A DNA stretch of 63,717 bases, counting the filler, from Octopus bimaculoides (Eukaryota), in assembly GCF_001194135.2 (NCBI RefSeq). It is 4 parts of 4 records of this genome, joined end to end, with 100 filler letters (N's around TTAATTAATTAA, not from the genome) between each part and the next. Parts side by side here need not be neighbours in the genome. Positions count along the whole stretch, not along the records: positions 1 to 30,770 come from NC_069006.1; 3 more parts are not named here. One strand, 5' to 3'. A program made the translations under genes and the position numbers. The notes under the pieces are model-generated. The model was not told the DNA's origin, searched no databases, and saw only the letters and a program-made list of their open reading frames with translations. This document shows positions 1-11,635 of the stretch, one piece after another; within the stretch, counting starts at the first letter, position 1, and every line of letters begins with the position of its first letter.

Positions 1-979
1 ATAGAAATATGAAGATGAAGTTTCCTTTTTAGATTAAAATTAACATTGACTTGCGACGGATTAATAAACAATTAATAAATTGTATGGTTTTAAACCGGCA
101 GACAGAATACCCTGCGATATCTACTTTGGCTGTCAGCATTCTGAGTTCAAATCTACAAGAAAGAAATTTTGCCTTTCGTTTTTTCCAGGGTCGGTTGATG
201 TAAAGGGGGAGGGGGAAGAAATAGGAAATAATCCAAAGCAGTGTATTTGAGGAATATTAGAGCATCAACATAAATGTCTTGTGGTATCTGGTTCGGCTCT
301 TGTGGTATCAGCGGTTCGTTTGGCTCTTAAAGGTTGAACTGATCCGGCTGATTGCGCTTGTATGTCAATGTATCGCTTGGCAGCAGAGGGGTAACAGCTG
401 TTCCAGTCTTCTATTCTCAATAAACAACGAATAAATGTATGTATGTATGTATGTATACACACACACACACACACACACAACTAGGGAAACAAATAATAAC
501 GGAGGGGACCTTTAAAGAATTGTTGTGAAGTTTTTTTTTTGTTGCTTTTTGCTTTTGTATTTTTCGAATTGTGTTTTTTTCTTTCTGTTGTAATTAAAAG
601 TGCAAATCAGTAATACTCAGCGTTCGAACTCTAACATCCTTCACTGTTTGTGTGTATATGTGTATATATACATACATGTTGATGTCTCTGTGGATATATG
701 TACACACATCTGTGTATATTTTTTCTTAACAGCTTTGAATTTTTTTTTACGATAGTTATATGTTATTTCAGCCATCGTAGCAGCAGTTGTCGATCAGGTC
801 TGGCGCCAGGCCAGACCTGATCGCGCAGATCTGTGATCAAAGGCATTCCAGCCATGGCTACTCCGTCTTTTTTCTATTATGTGCAGGGAAACCATCATCA
901 CATTATCCAGCATATTTGTGTGTCTTGTGGTATATTTGTGTCTATATGATGTCAGTACATTTAGATGTATGTATGTGCA

Positions 980-1022
<43 letters not shown>

Positions 1023-1224
1023 NNNNNNNNNNNNNNNNNNNNNNNNNNNNNNNNNNNNNNNNNNNNNNNNNNNNNNNNNNNNNNNNNNNNNNNNNNNNNN
1101 NNNNNNNNNNNNNNNNNNNNNNNNNNNNNNNNNNNNNNNNNNNNNNNNNNNNNNNNNNNNNNNNNNNNNNNNNNNNNNNNNNNNNNNNNNNNNNNNNNNN
1201 NNNNNNNNNNNNNNNNNNNNNNNN

Positions 1225-1259
<35 letters not shown>

Positions 1260-2774
1260 TTGTATGTATATATGCGTGTGTATGTTTGTATGATGTTTAT
1301 GCGTGGGAGTACATATGGTTGTATTTAAGTTTATATATTTTAAGATTTCTTATATATATGCGAATGTCTGTTATGTTTACACAAAATTGTGTGTATGCAC
1401 GAGTTTTTGCATTTGTATGTATGTGTGCAAGTATATGTGTGTGTGTGTTAGAATCTGTTTAGCTGTGTGTGTGTGTGTATGCGTGCGTGTGTGTGTGTGA
1501 AAATCTGTAGTAAAGTAAGTTTTTGTGTTTCCACAGCTCAAATGAAACACCCTCAACAACAACTATATATATATATGCCCACCACCACTGAATAGAGATC
1601 CGGTTATCAGTGTCCGCCACCAACACAGGTTTGTGATAGCATTCGTAGTTGGATGCAAAAAACTTGTGTTTTACCTGAAAACCAGCTGTCGAGTATCATA
1701 TAATAGAGAGGGGGAAGAGGAGAAGGAGGAGGAGCTGTTAGCAAGTCTCACAGTTTTCTCTCACACGCATTCTCTCTCTCTCTCCCTCTCTCGCTTTTAT
1801 TCTCTCTCCCTGTCACTCTTAATCGCTCTCTCAGGACATTTCTGATTTTCTAAAGAATCAATAAGTTTGTTTTGTTTTGTCTTCTTGTTGCTGTCTGTTA
1901 TTTTTCTAACAACTATCAATAAGTAATGGAAGAGGAGGAAAAAACCAGGTATGAGAGATGTGATTTATATGGTAAGGCGTCTTCTTCCACTAAGAGGGTA
2001 GCGACTGGTTTGATAAAACAGGTGGAGTTTCGGACAGAATAACTCATGCCATTCAGTTATGACTTCTTATGCTCTGAGTTCAAATCCTACCAAGATCAGC
2101 TTTGCACTTTATCATCTTCTTTTCCACGTCATTCTTCTTTTTCCTTTTCTTCTCCATTCTACTTCTTTTCCTCTTCGTTCTTCTTTTCCTCCTCCTCCTC
2201 TTCCTTCTCGAAGCCAATAAAATAAAGCTCCAGTTACCTAAGTGGAGTTGATAAAATTGCCTAAGCCCACCTCCTCTGATGTTTATTACGTCTGAAATTA
2301 ATACATTCTCAACTAACAAAGTTTAAGAGCCAGTGGCTTGTCAAAGTGTAACAGAATTATCAAAAATTGTGGGAGAAATTTCAGTTGCTAGATCTATCTG
2401 TTTATTTACATACATGTGTGTGTGTGTGCGTGCGTGCGTGTTAAGAAAAAAGACGTAGTCAGAATTTTGGATAATTATTTTTTTTTAACTTTCATCCTGT
2501 TTAGGAGAATCAACCAAACCAAGATGAAAGCATTAAATAAATAAATAATCATCCAAAATTCTAATTACTTTTTTTTTTTTTTAGTATATAAAATCTGTAC
2601 ACCACTTCAAACAATCTATACATACATATACATACNNNNNNNNNNAAATCTGTACACCACTTCAAACAATCTATACATACATATACATACACACACACAC
2701 ACACACACATACACACACACACACATACATATATATATCTATATATATATATATATATAACACATATATATGTT

Positions 2775-2933
2775 TCCTCAGCACAAGTCTTGACTGTGGC
2801 CATGCTGGAGCACCGCCTTTAATGGAACAAATCAACCCTAGAATGCTAAGTTACAGGGACATAAACACACCAACATCGGTTGTCAAGCGATGATAGGGGA
2901 GACAAATACAGACACACAAACATATACATATAC

Positions 2934-2968
<35 letters not shown>

Positions 2969-3121
2969 CATCTTTCAGTTTCCGTCTACCAAATCCACTC
3001 ACAAGGCTTTGGTCGGCCCAAGGTTGTAGTAGAAGACACTTGCCCAAAGTGCCACGCAGTGGGACTGAACCCGGAACCATGTGGTTGGTAAGCAAGCTAT
3101 TTACCACACAGCCACTCCGCA
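2775..3121 (-). mobile_element. tRNA-derived SINE, family A (most abundant family in the window), near full length
   Basis: The reverse complement has an A-box-like TGGCTGTGTGGT and a B-box-like GGTTCAGTCCC head, then ACTTTGGGCAAGTGTCTT (CORE-like), an internal TA microsatellite and the 3' segment GGTGCTCCAGCATGGCCACAGTCAA. More than 15 related copies occur in the window. Confidence 0.85.
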
Positions 3122-3169
3122 TNNNNNNNNNNNNNNNNNNNNNNNNNNNNNNNNNNNNNACCACCATCA

Positions 3170-3293
3170 TCATCATCATCATTATTTAACGTCCGTTTCT
3201 AAAATATGCACAAGGCCTGGAATTTGGGGAAGAGCATTAGTTGATTACATCAACCACAGTATTTGACTGTACTTCATTTTATAGAACCCCCCT

Positions 3294-3324
<31 letters not shown>

Positions 3325-3395
3325 AATAATAATAAAAGGCAAGGTCGACCTTGACAGGATTTGAACTCAGAAAATAAATAGTCAGAATTATATAA
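3170..3395 (-). mobile_element. SINE family B (GAGGTCGACTTTGCCTTTCATCC-type), degenerate copy
   Basis: Contains AAGGCAAGGTCGACCTTGACAGGATTTGAACTCAGAA, the reverse complement of the family core seen at 17120-17160. Confidence 0.7.
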
Positions 3396-3879
3396 ATATA
3401 TCTGGGCTCTTGGGATTTCAACTAATAAACTGTTATATGGAAGATTGAAAATGATGATTTGTATTTTTATCCTAAATATGTTTTTGAAGATTCAAACGTG
3501 AATATGTGAATCACTGTTGTGTTTGTCACAGGAGAACAGTTTCTCTTTTACACAACTTCTCCTGTGATAAACACAACAGTGATTCGCATATTTATGTTCA
3601 AATCTTGCAAAAAAATTATTACTGCTATTCTGAATTCTGGTATTTAGACAGATATTTTAGGAGATTAATTTTTCTATCTTCCAGGAAAAATCATATACTA
3701 TCAGCATGGAATTTGCAAAGAAAACCTATTTATAGAATATTGTTTCCAATAAAAGAAATTAAAAAAAAGCCTGCAGTTTTATCTGGAAAGCAAGCTATAA
3801 GATTTATATGTTTCCGTGTAAACATCTTGTCGAATGTTTACCAGAGAAGGAACAACCATAATTTGTTGGTAGGGAGATT

Positions 3880-4600
3880 TGTTGATAGCAGTCACCCTCT
3901 TGACCCAGGGCAGCACTACCTCATCCAGGCACTTGATATAGGCCACCGTGTTGAGTCTGAGGCATAATGTCACCATCATTAGTGCTCGCTCCAAGCACCA
4001 TGATGTTGACTGGATGTTTGATTTTTATCACTCTCAGTACATGTTTTGGGGACATGGCAAGTTAATGGTTGTTCTGTGTTCACCATCTGATCCTGGCAGA
4101 AACTTTTCATGTCTGAGAAAAACCAAAGCACATTCGGTTGGAGGGGATGCTTGAGTTTGTTCAAAAGCTTCGTAGCGCGGTCTTTTCTCTTGTCCTTGAT
4201 GGTTTGGGATAAAAATTGGCCCTTTCTCATCTTGTATGAGGAATACTGGATGTCTTTGTGCACTACCTGCCTGATAAGAAACTCAGCTACTCCCATGTCC
4301 CTGGTGATGGACCTGATTGACTTGATGGGATAATTGTCAATCAGGGCCTGGATCTCACCAACAAATTCGGGAGTTAGTTTCTTATCAGAACGATCAGAGT
4401 GAGTTTTCCAAGCTGACATACCCTCATAATCACCATTAGACTCATCCAACTCATTCCGAATCATCTGCACTATCCTCAGGTTGACATACAAACACTCTGA
4501 AATGTGCGTATTGGCACTTCTGGCATGCATGCCAAGCAGTGTAGCATGTTTCCAAATTTCTGACAAAGTGAATTGCGCCATGGTGCTGTCCTTTTCACTA
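3880..4600 (-). mobile_element. Tc1/mariner transposase relic (N-terminal HTH to first catalytic Asp, plus a downstream fragment)
   Basis: ORF 3979-4611 reads ...IQALIDNYPIKSIRSITRDMGVAEFLIRQVVHKDIQYSSYKMRKGQFLS...LWFFSDMKSFCQDQMVN, and a shifted frame reads LRLNTVAYIKCLDEVVLPWVKRVTA. These are typical IS630-Tc1-mariner segments; the copy is frameshifted and truncated. Subfamily (maT/DD37D-like) is inference only. Confidence 0.85.
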
Positions 4601-4634
4601 ACAGTGCCCAACTGACTCTACTATACTGTGTAGT

Positions 4635-4671
<37 letters not shown>

Positions 4672-5346
4672 NNNNNNNNNNNNNNNNNNNNNNNNNNNNN
4701 NNNNNNNNNNNNNNNNNNNNNNNNNNNNNNNNNNNNNNNNNNNNNNNNNNNNNNNNNNNNNNNNNNNNNNNNNNNNNNNNNNNNNNNNNNNNNNNNNNNN
4801 NNNNNNNNNNNNNNNNNNNNNNNNNNNNNNNNNNNNNNNNNNNNNNNNNNNNNNNNNNNNNNNNNNNNNNNNNNNNNNNNNNNNNNNNNNNNNNNNNNNN
4901 NNNNNNNNNNNNNNNNNNNNNNNNNNNNNNNNNNNNNNNNNNNNNNNNNNNNNNNNNNNNNNNNNNNNNNNNNNNNNNNNNNNNNNNNNNNNNNNNNNNN
5001 NNNNNNNNNNNNNNNNNNNNNNNNNNNNNNNNNNNNNNNNNNNNNNNNNNNNNNNNNNNNNNNNNNNNNNNNNNNNNNNNNNNNNNNNNNNNNNNNNNNN
5101 NNNNNNNNNNNNNNNNNNNNNNNNNNNNNNNNNNNNNNNNNNNNNNNNNNNNNNNNNNNNNNNNNNNNNNNNNNNNNNNNNNNNNNNNNNNNNNNNNNNN
5201 NNNNNNNNNNNNNNNNNNNNNNNNNNNNNNNNNNNNNNNNNNNNNNNNNNNNNNNNNNNNNNNNNNNNNNNNNNNNNNNNNNNNNNNNNNNNNNNNNNNN
5301 NNNNNNNNNNNNNNNNNNNNNNNNNNNNNNNNNNNNNNNNNNTATA

Positions 5347-5382
<36 letters not shown>

Positions 5383-5419
5383 TGTATGTATACACACACA
5401 TATATATGAGTTTAAAAAA

Positions 5420-6183
5420 AATTTGATATCATTTTGCAATCTAATAACTTTGCCAGTTCTTGTTCAAATGACTTCAAATTTTAACAGCATTTGTAGAAAC
5501 AGGTCAAAAGTTTATGTTTAATGTTTGATATGTTTATTTTTTCGGGTATAGAAATGGCATTCACTGGAAGAGAAGAGGCGTTTTGTATGTTAGAATATGC
5601 TTGAACATAGTCGAACAAGACTATGCAACATGCATTTGTGAGAGAGTTCTCTAAAAAGTCACTAACGGCAATACAGACTTGGACATGTCACAAAAAATTC
5701 AAAGAGGAAAGCAGTCTGTGCAGGGCAAAAGGATCTGGATGACCACTGGCATTGGAAAAGACGGACGAGCAGGTTCAGCAAAAATGCTTGCAAAGCCCCA
5801 AGAAGTCCATAAGAAGAACAAGTCTGGAAACCCAGATTCCTGCAATGACAGTTTGGCACCTCCTGAAGAAACGCTTGCTAATGAAACCCTACAAGCTGAA
5901 GCTCATTCAGGCCATAATGGCAGATGACAAGCGAAAACACCAACAATTCTGTGATGATATGCAAGAGAAACTTGAAGAAGCCGAGTTCAAGGAATGTCTT
6001 GTTTTCAGTGATGAGGCTACATTTCATAGGAATGGCAAAGTCAATAAGCATAATGTTCGCATTTGGGGTGAAGAAAATCTCCATGCCACAGTTGAGCATG
6101 CAGGTGGTGCGCATATTCAATGTTTGTGAAATCATTCATGGAATCCACATACCTTTGAATTTCTCATTCAAATTTGGAGGAAT
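5420..6183 (+). mobile_element. Tc1/mariner transposase pseudogene (rosa/DD41D-like), internally deleted
   Basis: From ATG 5554: MAFTGREEAFCMLEYA*T*SNKTMQHAFVREFSKK..., then QSPKKSIRRTSLETQIPAMTVWHLLKKRLLMKPYKLKLIQ...LVFSDEATFHRNGKVNKHNVRIWGEEN. The FSDEATFH...NxHNxRIWG motif marks the first catalytic Asp. Contains stops and frameshifts. Confidence 0.85.
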
Positions 6184-6217
6184 ANNNNNNNNNNATATAC
6201 ACATATATGTATGTGTC

Positions 6218-6248
<31 letters not shown>

Positions 6249-6399
6249 CTATATATATGTGTGTATATATATATATATGCATATATATGTGTGTATATAT
6301 ATATATGTGTATGTATATATATGTATATGCATATATATATATGTATGTATGTATGTATATATATGTATAAATGTATGTATACACACATGCACACACATA

Positions 6400-6555
6400 T
6401 ATATATGACAGGCTTTTTGCAGTTTCCATCTATCAAATTTACTCACAAGGCTGCGGCTGGCCTGTATAACCATACACTTGCCCAAGGTGTCACACAATGG
6501 GACTGAACCCAGAACCATGTAATTGGTTCTTACCACGCATCCACACCTGTGCTTA
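6400..6555 (-). mobile_element. SINE family A, 5' half
   Basis: Contains ACACTTGCCCAAGGTGTCACACAATGGGACTGAACCCAGAACCATG, matching the family A head. Confidence 0.75.
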
Positions 6556-7574
6556 TAATGCCGATGTCTTCATATATAAAAGAAGAAACACATGAATTCT
6601 GCATAACTCAGTAAAGGTTACCATTTTGCCAAAGTCAAAAAATGTAAATAGAGTCTCGGCAGCACTGTTTCAACAAGTTAATTACATTGATACTATCGTT
6701 AAAAAAAAAAAATTAAAATCTAAAACGCCTACCTTTAACGCAGAACACAAAAGCATAGAAAATTTCTGCTAAAAATTTTATGTTCCTGAAATTTTGGTTT
6801 CTTGTGAATTGTCAATGTTTTTGTTGTTTGAAGAAATGATGACTTATGGTTTGTTGCTGCAATGGTTTGCCAGAAACAGAAGAGATAAGTTCTGTTTACA
6901 TGAAGTGGGGTGGATTTAATTAGCTACGNNNNNNNNNNNNNNNNNNNNNNNNNNNNNNNNNNNNNNNNNNNNNNNNNNNNNNNNNNNNNNNNNNNNNNNN
7001 NNNNNNNNNNNNNNNNNNNNNNNNNNNNNNNNNNNNNNNNNNNNNNNNNNNNNNNNNNNNNNNNNNNNNNNNNNNNNNNNNNNNNNNNNNNNNNNNNNNN
7101 NNNNNNNNNNNNNNNNNNNNNNNNNNNNNNNNNNNNNNNNNNNNNNNNNNNNNNNNNNNNNNNNNNNNNNNNNNNNNNNNNNNNNNNNNNNNNNNNNNNN
7201 NNNNNNNNNNNNNNNNNNNNNNNNNNNNNNNNNNNNNNNNNNNNNNNNNNNNNNNNNNNNNNNNNNNNNNNNNNNNNNNNNNNNNNNNNNNNNNNNNNNN
7301 NNNNNNNNNNNNNNNNNNNNNNNNNNNNNNNNNNNNNNNNNNNNNNNNNNNNNNNNNNNNNNNNNNNNNNNNNNNNNNNNNNNNNNNNNNNNNNNNNNNN
7401 NNNNNNNNNNNNNNNNNNNNNNNNNNNNNNNNNNNNNNNNNNNNNNNNNNNNNNNNNNNNNNNNNNNNNNNNNNNNNNNNNNNNNNNNNNNNNNNNNNNN
7501 NNNNNNNNNNNNNNNNNNNNNNNNNNNNNNNNNNNNNNNTTTCTCTCACTTGCTCTCTCTTTCTCATACACCAG

Positions 7575-7667
7575 CGCTGGCCAACCTCAGGCCTGCGGGC
7601 AGCATCCTGGTCCGCAGACTTTTATCTCGGGGCCCACTTGATACTTTCTTGAAATGGGTTTATTTAA
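7575..7667 (+). mobile_element. End of a small DNA-transposon-like repeat (hAT-like terminus); second copy at ~15300-15410
   Basis: GGCCAACCTCAGGCCTGCGGGC...GGTCCGCAGACTTTTATCT...CCCACTTGATACTTTCTTGAAATGGGTTTATTTAA is shared with 15300-15394. The hAT assignment rests on resemblance to CAGGG...CGGCCCGCGGGCC termini (inference). Confidence 0.55.
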
Positions 7668-7888
7668 CCCTTTGGATACCAACCTGGTTGAAACCGGCTC
7701 TGGCTCTGTAGTACAAATGTTTTGTTTTCATAAGTTTTGAATTAAAATCTTCCACCAAACCTTAGTCACAATTAATGTTCCTAACACTAGCTTAATGATA
7801 ACTAAGTTATTTTACTAAATTCTTTGTTATATTTAAAGTAATTGAAAGAAACACAGAACATCTCAAAATAAATACAGTTATGAAAGGG
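7668..7888. mobile_element. piggyBac-like MITE (221 bp) with TTAA target-site duplication
   Basis: TTAA (7664-7667) + CCCTTT...AAAGGG + TTAA (7889-7892). The paralogous host repeat shows the empty site TTTATTTAAACAAACAT at 15386-15402. Confidence 0.8.
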
Positions 7889-8214
7889 TTAAACAAACAT
7901 CTTAAAAATTATATAAAAAATTAAAGGTTGTAATAAAAAGTAAAAAATTAACATACTGCTGTTTTTTCAACGATAATATTTCATGTTGAATCAACAATCA
8001 TTCATTCATTATTGTAATAATAGCATGAGAAAGCAAAATGCTTTCAATTCTGTCACTATACAAGCGGCCCTCAAAATACTTTCTGTGATTAAAGTGACTC
8101 CCAATGTAAGTCATGTTGGCCAGGCCTGTCATACGCCTGTGTATACTCACACTTATAATTTTTCATCTTCATTTCCTGTCTTCCAAGTTTCTTGGCAGCC
8201 ACACAAGTGCCAAT

Positions 8215-8395
8215 GGCCTGAGAGAAGCACTCAATACACTCTGTAAAGTGGTTGACATTTGAAAGGTCATTCAATCATAGAAACCATGATGATGCACCTC
8301 GCCACAGCCCTGCGGCTCACCAGATCCTATGAAACCATCCAACCCATGCTGACATGAAAAATGGACATTAGATGACAATGATGATGATGATGATG
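8215..8395 (+). mobile_element. Repeat family C (probable RTE-LINE 3' UTR ending in (GAT)n), degenerate
   Basis: TACACTCTGTAAAGTGGTTG...ACCCATGCTGACATGAAAAATGGACATTAGATGACAATGATGATGATGAT. Related copies at 10950-11150, 15150-15300, 21195-21400, 21700-21805 and 28245-28830. Confidence 0.65.
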
Positions 8396-8399
8396 TCAC

Positions 8400-8550
8400 A
8401 TATATTGTGGTGAGTAGCTTGCTAACCAACCACATGGTTCTGGGTTCAGTCCCACTGTGGCACCTTGGGCAAGTGTCTTCTGCCATGGCCTCAGGTCAAC
8501 CAAAGCCTTGTGGGTGGATTTGGTAGACAGAAACTGAAAGAAGCCCATCG
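8400..8550 (+). mobile_element. SINE family A, 5' half, plus orientation
   Basis: GTGGTGAGTAGCTTGCTAACCAACCACATGGTTCTGGGTTCAGTCCCACTGTGGCACCTTGGGCAAGTGTCTTC. Confidence 0.8.
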
Positions 8551-8765
8551 ATGATGATGAATTGTTTTAAGTAACTGGACCAGCAGCACTTTGGCAGGAA
8601 GAAGGTTAGACCATTGTTCTTAAGTCGTATCTTATTTTAGTGACCACTTCCCAAGAAGGATGAAAAGCAAAATTGACTTTGGTAGAATTTGAACTCAGAA
8701 CGTAAGGAACTGGAAGAAATATTGCAAGACTGACAATTCTGTCTATTGGACACTCAGTTCTTTCA

Positions 8766-9100
8766 CCCCTTTGGTACCAACCCACATAAGAGAACCCTTG
8801 GTTCTAGATACAAATTTTTTATCTAAAGTGATTTAAATTAAAACCTTCCATCAAAATTTTATGCTAATTTATGTTCCAAACACCAGCTTAATAACGACAG
8901 AGTTATTTTATTGAATTCTTCATTAATTTCAAAATTAATTGAACAAAGTCTGTGAATTTGAACAGAAATATGACAACAAAAGGGTTAAAGTGAGCTAAAT
9001 TAAAATCTTCCATCAAAATTTCATGTTTCAAACAATAGTTTAATATTTTACTAAATTCTTCATAATTTCCAAACTTAATTGAATCAAAACCATTGTATTT
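8766..9100. mobile_element. piggyBac-like MITE relative (one copy plus a partial tandem copy); similar piece at 11640-11795
   Basis: Starts CCCCTTTGGTACCAACCC, ends AACAAAAGGGTTAA (~8975-8988). Internal TTAAAACCTTCCATCAAA...TTATGTTCC...GTTATTTTATTGAATTCTT aligns to 7668-7888. Confidence 0.6.
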
Positions 9101-9360
9101 CATTAGTTGCATCTGTCTGTATCATCTCTGATGCTTACCTTGTTGTTCCTTGAAAGTTTGATCTAGCATCCCATCACAAACCTTCCTCTTATCTCCTTCA
9201 TAGGGTTAAAGTATCTCCTCTTATAGCAAGACACCCATGCTTGTTCCTCTGTCATACTTCAGCCTTTCGACACTTGGCATGCACCCACCCATCTCCATCT
9301 TCCCCTCCCAAATTCTTCCTCTTTGTAGTGAGAGCTTCTCCCTTTCCTTATAATACAAAA

Positions 9361-9569
9361 AATGCACTATATACCTGTTGTAATTTAGTCATCCATAGTC
9401 CAATGATATTTCGGAATTACAATTCCTTCTTCAGATATTCTTAGATGGAGTCACTGCTATAATCGGTTTTATAGCAGTGACTCCATCTAAGAATATCTGA
9501 AGAAGGAATTGTATTCCGAAATATCATCGGACTATGGATAAGTAAATTAGGACAGGTATATAGTGCATT
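9361..9569. repeat. Long fold-back palindrome (arms ~101 bp, 6-nt loop) with a hammerhead-like core on each arm
   Basis: Arms 9361-9462 and 9469-9569. The inner 45 bp are perfectly complementary; overall I count 5 mismatches and 1 indel. Confidence 0.95.
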
Positions 9570-10069
9570 GTTGTACCATTCAAAACTTTTTATTCTTTAC
9601 AAACAATACTACACAATGCTTCAAGTGAACTACAATACTCTCTTATAAAATGGAAGTATACACAAATAAACATTATTTTCCATCTTTCTGTTATTTTTGT
9701 CTCATTTTGAAAAATAACAATTTATTTTATGGTTTATAATTTTTTATATTTTGAATTACATATATATGGGAGGTGGGCACCAAATTATCTATGGGTCTTA
9801 ATCGTAATGTACTCTTAGATACAGTATGCCTAAATAGTTTAGGGCACAAAGTGGTTTCTATGATCAGAAATATTATCTTGAAGTGTTGTTTGTGGTGCCA
9901 TAAGTGAGAATCTGATCAAAGACTTTGCAATTAAAAAAAAGTAGGGGAGAACTTTTCAAATATAAATAAAGTGGAAGGATACAAAAATAAACATTATTTT
10001 CCATCTTACTGAAAGTTTTTCCTTCGTTTTGAAAAAATGAAAATTTATTTTATGGTTTATTATTACTCT

Positions 10070-10279
10070 TTACTCTCTCTCTTTTACTTGTTTCAGTCAT
10101 TTGACTGTGGCCATGCTGGAGCACCGCCTTTAGTCGAGCAAATCGACCCCAGAGCTTATTCTGTGTAAGCCTAGTACTTATTCTATCAGTCTTTTTTGCC
10201 AAACCGTTAAGTTACGGGGATGTAAACATACCACCATCGGTTGTCAAGTGATGTTGGGGGGACAAACACAGACACACAA

Positions 10280-10340
<61 letters not shown>

Positions 10341-10614
10341 ACAGGCTTCTTTCAGTTTCTGTCTACCAAATCCACTCACAAGGCTTTGGTCAGCTNNNNN
10401 NNNNNTACTCTCTCTCTTTTACTTGTTTCAGTCATTTGACTGTGGCCATGCTGGAGCACCGCCTTTAGTCGAGCAAATCGACCCCAGAGCTTATTCTGTG
10501 TAAGCCTAGTACTTATTCTATCAGTCTTTTTTGCCAAACCGTTAAGTTACGGGGATGTAAACATACCACCATCGGTTGTCAAGTGATGTTGGGGGGACAA
10601 ACACAGACACACAA

Positions 10615-10671
<57 letters not shown>

Positions 10672-10830
10672 CAACAGGCTTCTTTCAGTTTCTGTCTACC
10701 AAATCCACTCACAAGGCTTTGGTCAGCTCGAGGCTATAGTTGAAGACACTTGCCAAAGGTGCCACGCAGTGGTACTGAACCCAGAACCATGTGGCTGGGA
10801 AGCAAGCTACTTACCACACAGCCACTCCTG
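10070..10830 (-). mobile_element. SINE family A, full-length copy; the 3' part is duplicated across a 10-N gap (probable assembly overlap)
   Basis: 10066-10395 and 10406-10735 are essentially identical. The tRNA-like head is at ~10760-10830 on the minus strand. Confidence 0.85.
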
Positions 10831-11169
10831 CATTTTACATAATTTTTGTTTACATTTTGTTTACATTTTGAAACATTTACATATAGTTAAGGGCCCCCAA
10901 ATCTTTTAAGTGCTTAGGGCCTTTATGTGCCTTAATCGGGCCCTGCTCAGTAGTAGTAGTGGCATGAAAAAAAGCACCCAGTACACTCTGTAAAGTGGTT
11001 GGCATTAGGAAGGATATCCAGACACAGACAGCAAGCCAATGATGAATTTGGAGCTTGACACATCCCTATAGCTTACTGGTTCCCTATCAAACAATCCAAC
11101 TCATGCCAGCATGGAAAGCAAACATTAAATGATGGTGATGATGATGATTAAAAAGAGTTGAAGTGGTCA

Positions 11170-11635
11170 AAACATTAATAATCTTTTCTACTATAGGCCT
11201 ATGGCCTGAAATTTTGGGGGAGGGGACTAGTTGATTACATTGACCCCAGAACCCAACTGGTACTTATTTTATTGAACCCTGAAAGGATAAATTGAACTTG
11301 GAGGAATTTGAACTCAGAACGTAAGGACAGACAAAATAAGCATTCCACCCGGTTTGCTAATGATTCTGGCAGCTCCTTGCCTTAAACAACAGATTAATAA
11401 TCCTTTCTACTGGAAATACAAAGCCTCACATTTGGGGGAAGGGATTAGGTCGATTACATCGGCCCTAGTACCCAATTGGTACTTAATTTATCAACCCCGA
11501 AAGGATGAAAAGCAAAGTCGACCTCAGCGGAATTTGAACTCAGAACGTAGCAGCAGACGAAATAATGTTAAGCATTCCACCTGATGTACTAACGATTCTG
11601 CCAGTTCGTTGTCTTAAACAGCAGATTAATAATGG
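11170..11635 (-). mobile_element. Cluster of 2-3 SINE family B copies
   Basis: Repeated GGATGAAAAGCAAAGTCGACCTCAGCGGAATTTGAACTCAGAACGTA and GATTACATCGGCCCTAGTACCCAATTGGTACTTAATTT. Confidence 0.8.

Noticed and set aside
10066-10735. Apparent ~330-bp tandem duplication (also 2590-2690, 20495-20800, 32405-32510)
   Set aside because: Near-identical copies sit on either side of short N gaps, so they are most likely unmerged contig overlaps.
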